This document shows, piece by piece, positions 62,928 to 64,000 of a stretch of 64,000 nt of DNA. Numbering within the stretch: position 1 is the first letter of the stretch; every line of letters starts with the position of its first letter. The notes under the pieces are model-generated. The model did no database searches. It was not told the origin of the DNA and saw only the letters and a list, made by a program, of their open reading frames with translations. The translations under genes and the position numbers were made by a program. The stretch spans positions 358 through 64,357 of the forward strand of contig JAIMKU010000003.1 of assembly GCA_020692235.1 (NCBI GenBank). Direction: 5' to 3'. The stretch comes from Hydrogenophilus sp. GTDB taxonomy: Bacteria > Pseudomonadota > Gammaproteobacteria > Burkholderiales > Thiobacillaceae.

Positions 62928-63915
62928 CCTGCGGCGGCGCGCCGCCTTCTACTTCGCCGCCTTCGGCGCCCTGTCGAGCCTCTTGTTCGCGGCCGGCATC
63001 TACTTTGCCGTTGGCGAATCGGCTCGTCTGGCACGGGATGAGTATTTCCTTTATGGCCTGGGTGCCGCCGGGCTGCTGCTCACCTGGCTGATCGCCCAGA
63101 GCGGTATCTGGCTTGCCCGACGAGCCGTGGCGCCAGTCGTCGACCTGGCTGCCCGTATCGCTGCCAGCGAACCCGGCCAGTCGGCCAAGGCGCTTTCCCT
63201 GGACGACATCGGTGAACTGGCCCAGGTCCTGGAACGCTACCTGGAACGCATCCGCGGTTGCGCCGAGCGAGAACGGGCATTCGCCTCCGACGTCAGCCAC
63301 GAACTGCGTACCCCGCTGGCCGTAATTCGCGGCGCGGTGGAGGTACTGGAAGACGACGCCGGTCTGAACGAAAGTCAACGCAACCGCCTCACCCGCATCG
63401 ACCGGGCCAGCTTTGACATGACCGAACTGACTAGCGCCCTGCTGCGCATGTCGCGCGAGGAAAACGGCCTGACGCCGCCTCCGGATAACTGTTCCTTCGC
63501 CTCGGTGGTCCGGGAGTCGGTGGAAAAATACCGTTCGTTGGATGGCGCAATCGCCATCGACATCGACCTGAATATCGTCGATGCGCCGCTCCTGCCAGTG
63601 GAAAAGGGACTGGCCACGGTGGTGGTCAACAACCTGATCGGCAATGCCATACTTCACGCCCAATCCAGCCAGGTCCACGTTTGCCTGGAACGCAGCCGCC
63701 TGGTTATTAGCGATTCCGGCAAAGGCATCGCCAAGGCGGATATGGAGCACATCTTCCAGCGCCACTATCGCGGCCCGGATTCGCAGGGCTCCGGCATCGG
63801 CCTATCTCTGGTCAAACGGATCTGCGATCTGCATGGCTGGGAGATCGTCATCGACAGCACGCCCGGCCTAGGCACCGCAGCGCAATTATTCTTCGGCAAA
63901 CGGCCCGCGACTTGA
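62914..63915 (+). CDS. Sensor histidine kinase with almost no periplasmic domain
   Basis: 333 aa; two TMs ~12 aa apart, HAMP, SDVSHELRTPL, NLIGNA, DSGKGI, GSGIGLS. Confidence 0.85.
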   Translation: MRRHSLRRRAAFYFAAFGALSSLLFAAGIYFAVGESARLARDEYFLYGLGAAGLLLTWLIAQSGIWLARRAVAPVVDLAARIAASEPGQSAKALSLDDIGELAQVLERYLERIRGCAERERAFASDVSHELRTPLAVIRGAVEVLEDDAGLNESQRNRLTRIDRASFDMTELTSALLRMSREENGLTPPPDNCSFASVVRESVEKYRSLDGAIAIDIDLNIVDAPLLPVEKGLATVVVNNLIGNAILHAQSSQVHVCLERSRLVISDSGKGIAKADMEHIFQRHYRGPDSQGSGIGLSLVKRICDLHGWEIVIDSTPGLGTAAQLFFGKRPAT

Positions 63916-64000
63916 AACAAGTCCCTATTAAATTTATTGCTGATATTTACCAAATCTTTACCTTGCCACAACCTTTGCTTCACCTTGGGTGGTCTAGGAT

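Overview
GC-rich window from a Betaproteobacteria-like (Thiobacillus/Sulfuricella-type) sulfur oxidiser. The host assignment is inferred from the style of the housekeeping genes (class I fumarase, glnD, lepA-lepB-rnc-era-recO-pdxJ, nadB/rpoE-rseABC-mucD, yebC-ruvC-ruvA) and from sat-aprBA. The main feature is a ~23.5 kb reverse-TCA (rTCA) carbon-fixation locus at 7323-30841. On the minus strand it runs tfrB-tfrA (soluble fumarate reductase), ferritin-like, hdrC-hdrB, korD-A-B-G, hdrA, flxD-C-B-A, aclB-aclA, aconitase and monomeric IDH. Divergent from it is a malate dehydrogenase fused in-frame to a CitE-like CoA-ester lyase, followed by a DUF1778/GNAT toxin-antitoxin pair. KorB carries a histone-H1-like Lys/Ala tail. 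The right half holds housekeeping genes, two MITE-like elements, REP-like palindromes, sat-aprBA-YkgJ with a broken CbbQ/NorQ-type AAA+ gene, an uncharacterised ThDP-enzyme plus GT-A-fold protein pair, and several accessory genes that appear internally deleted. No rRNA, tRNA or CRISPR array was seen. Product calls come from motif recognition by eye, with no database searches.
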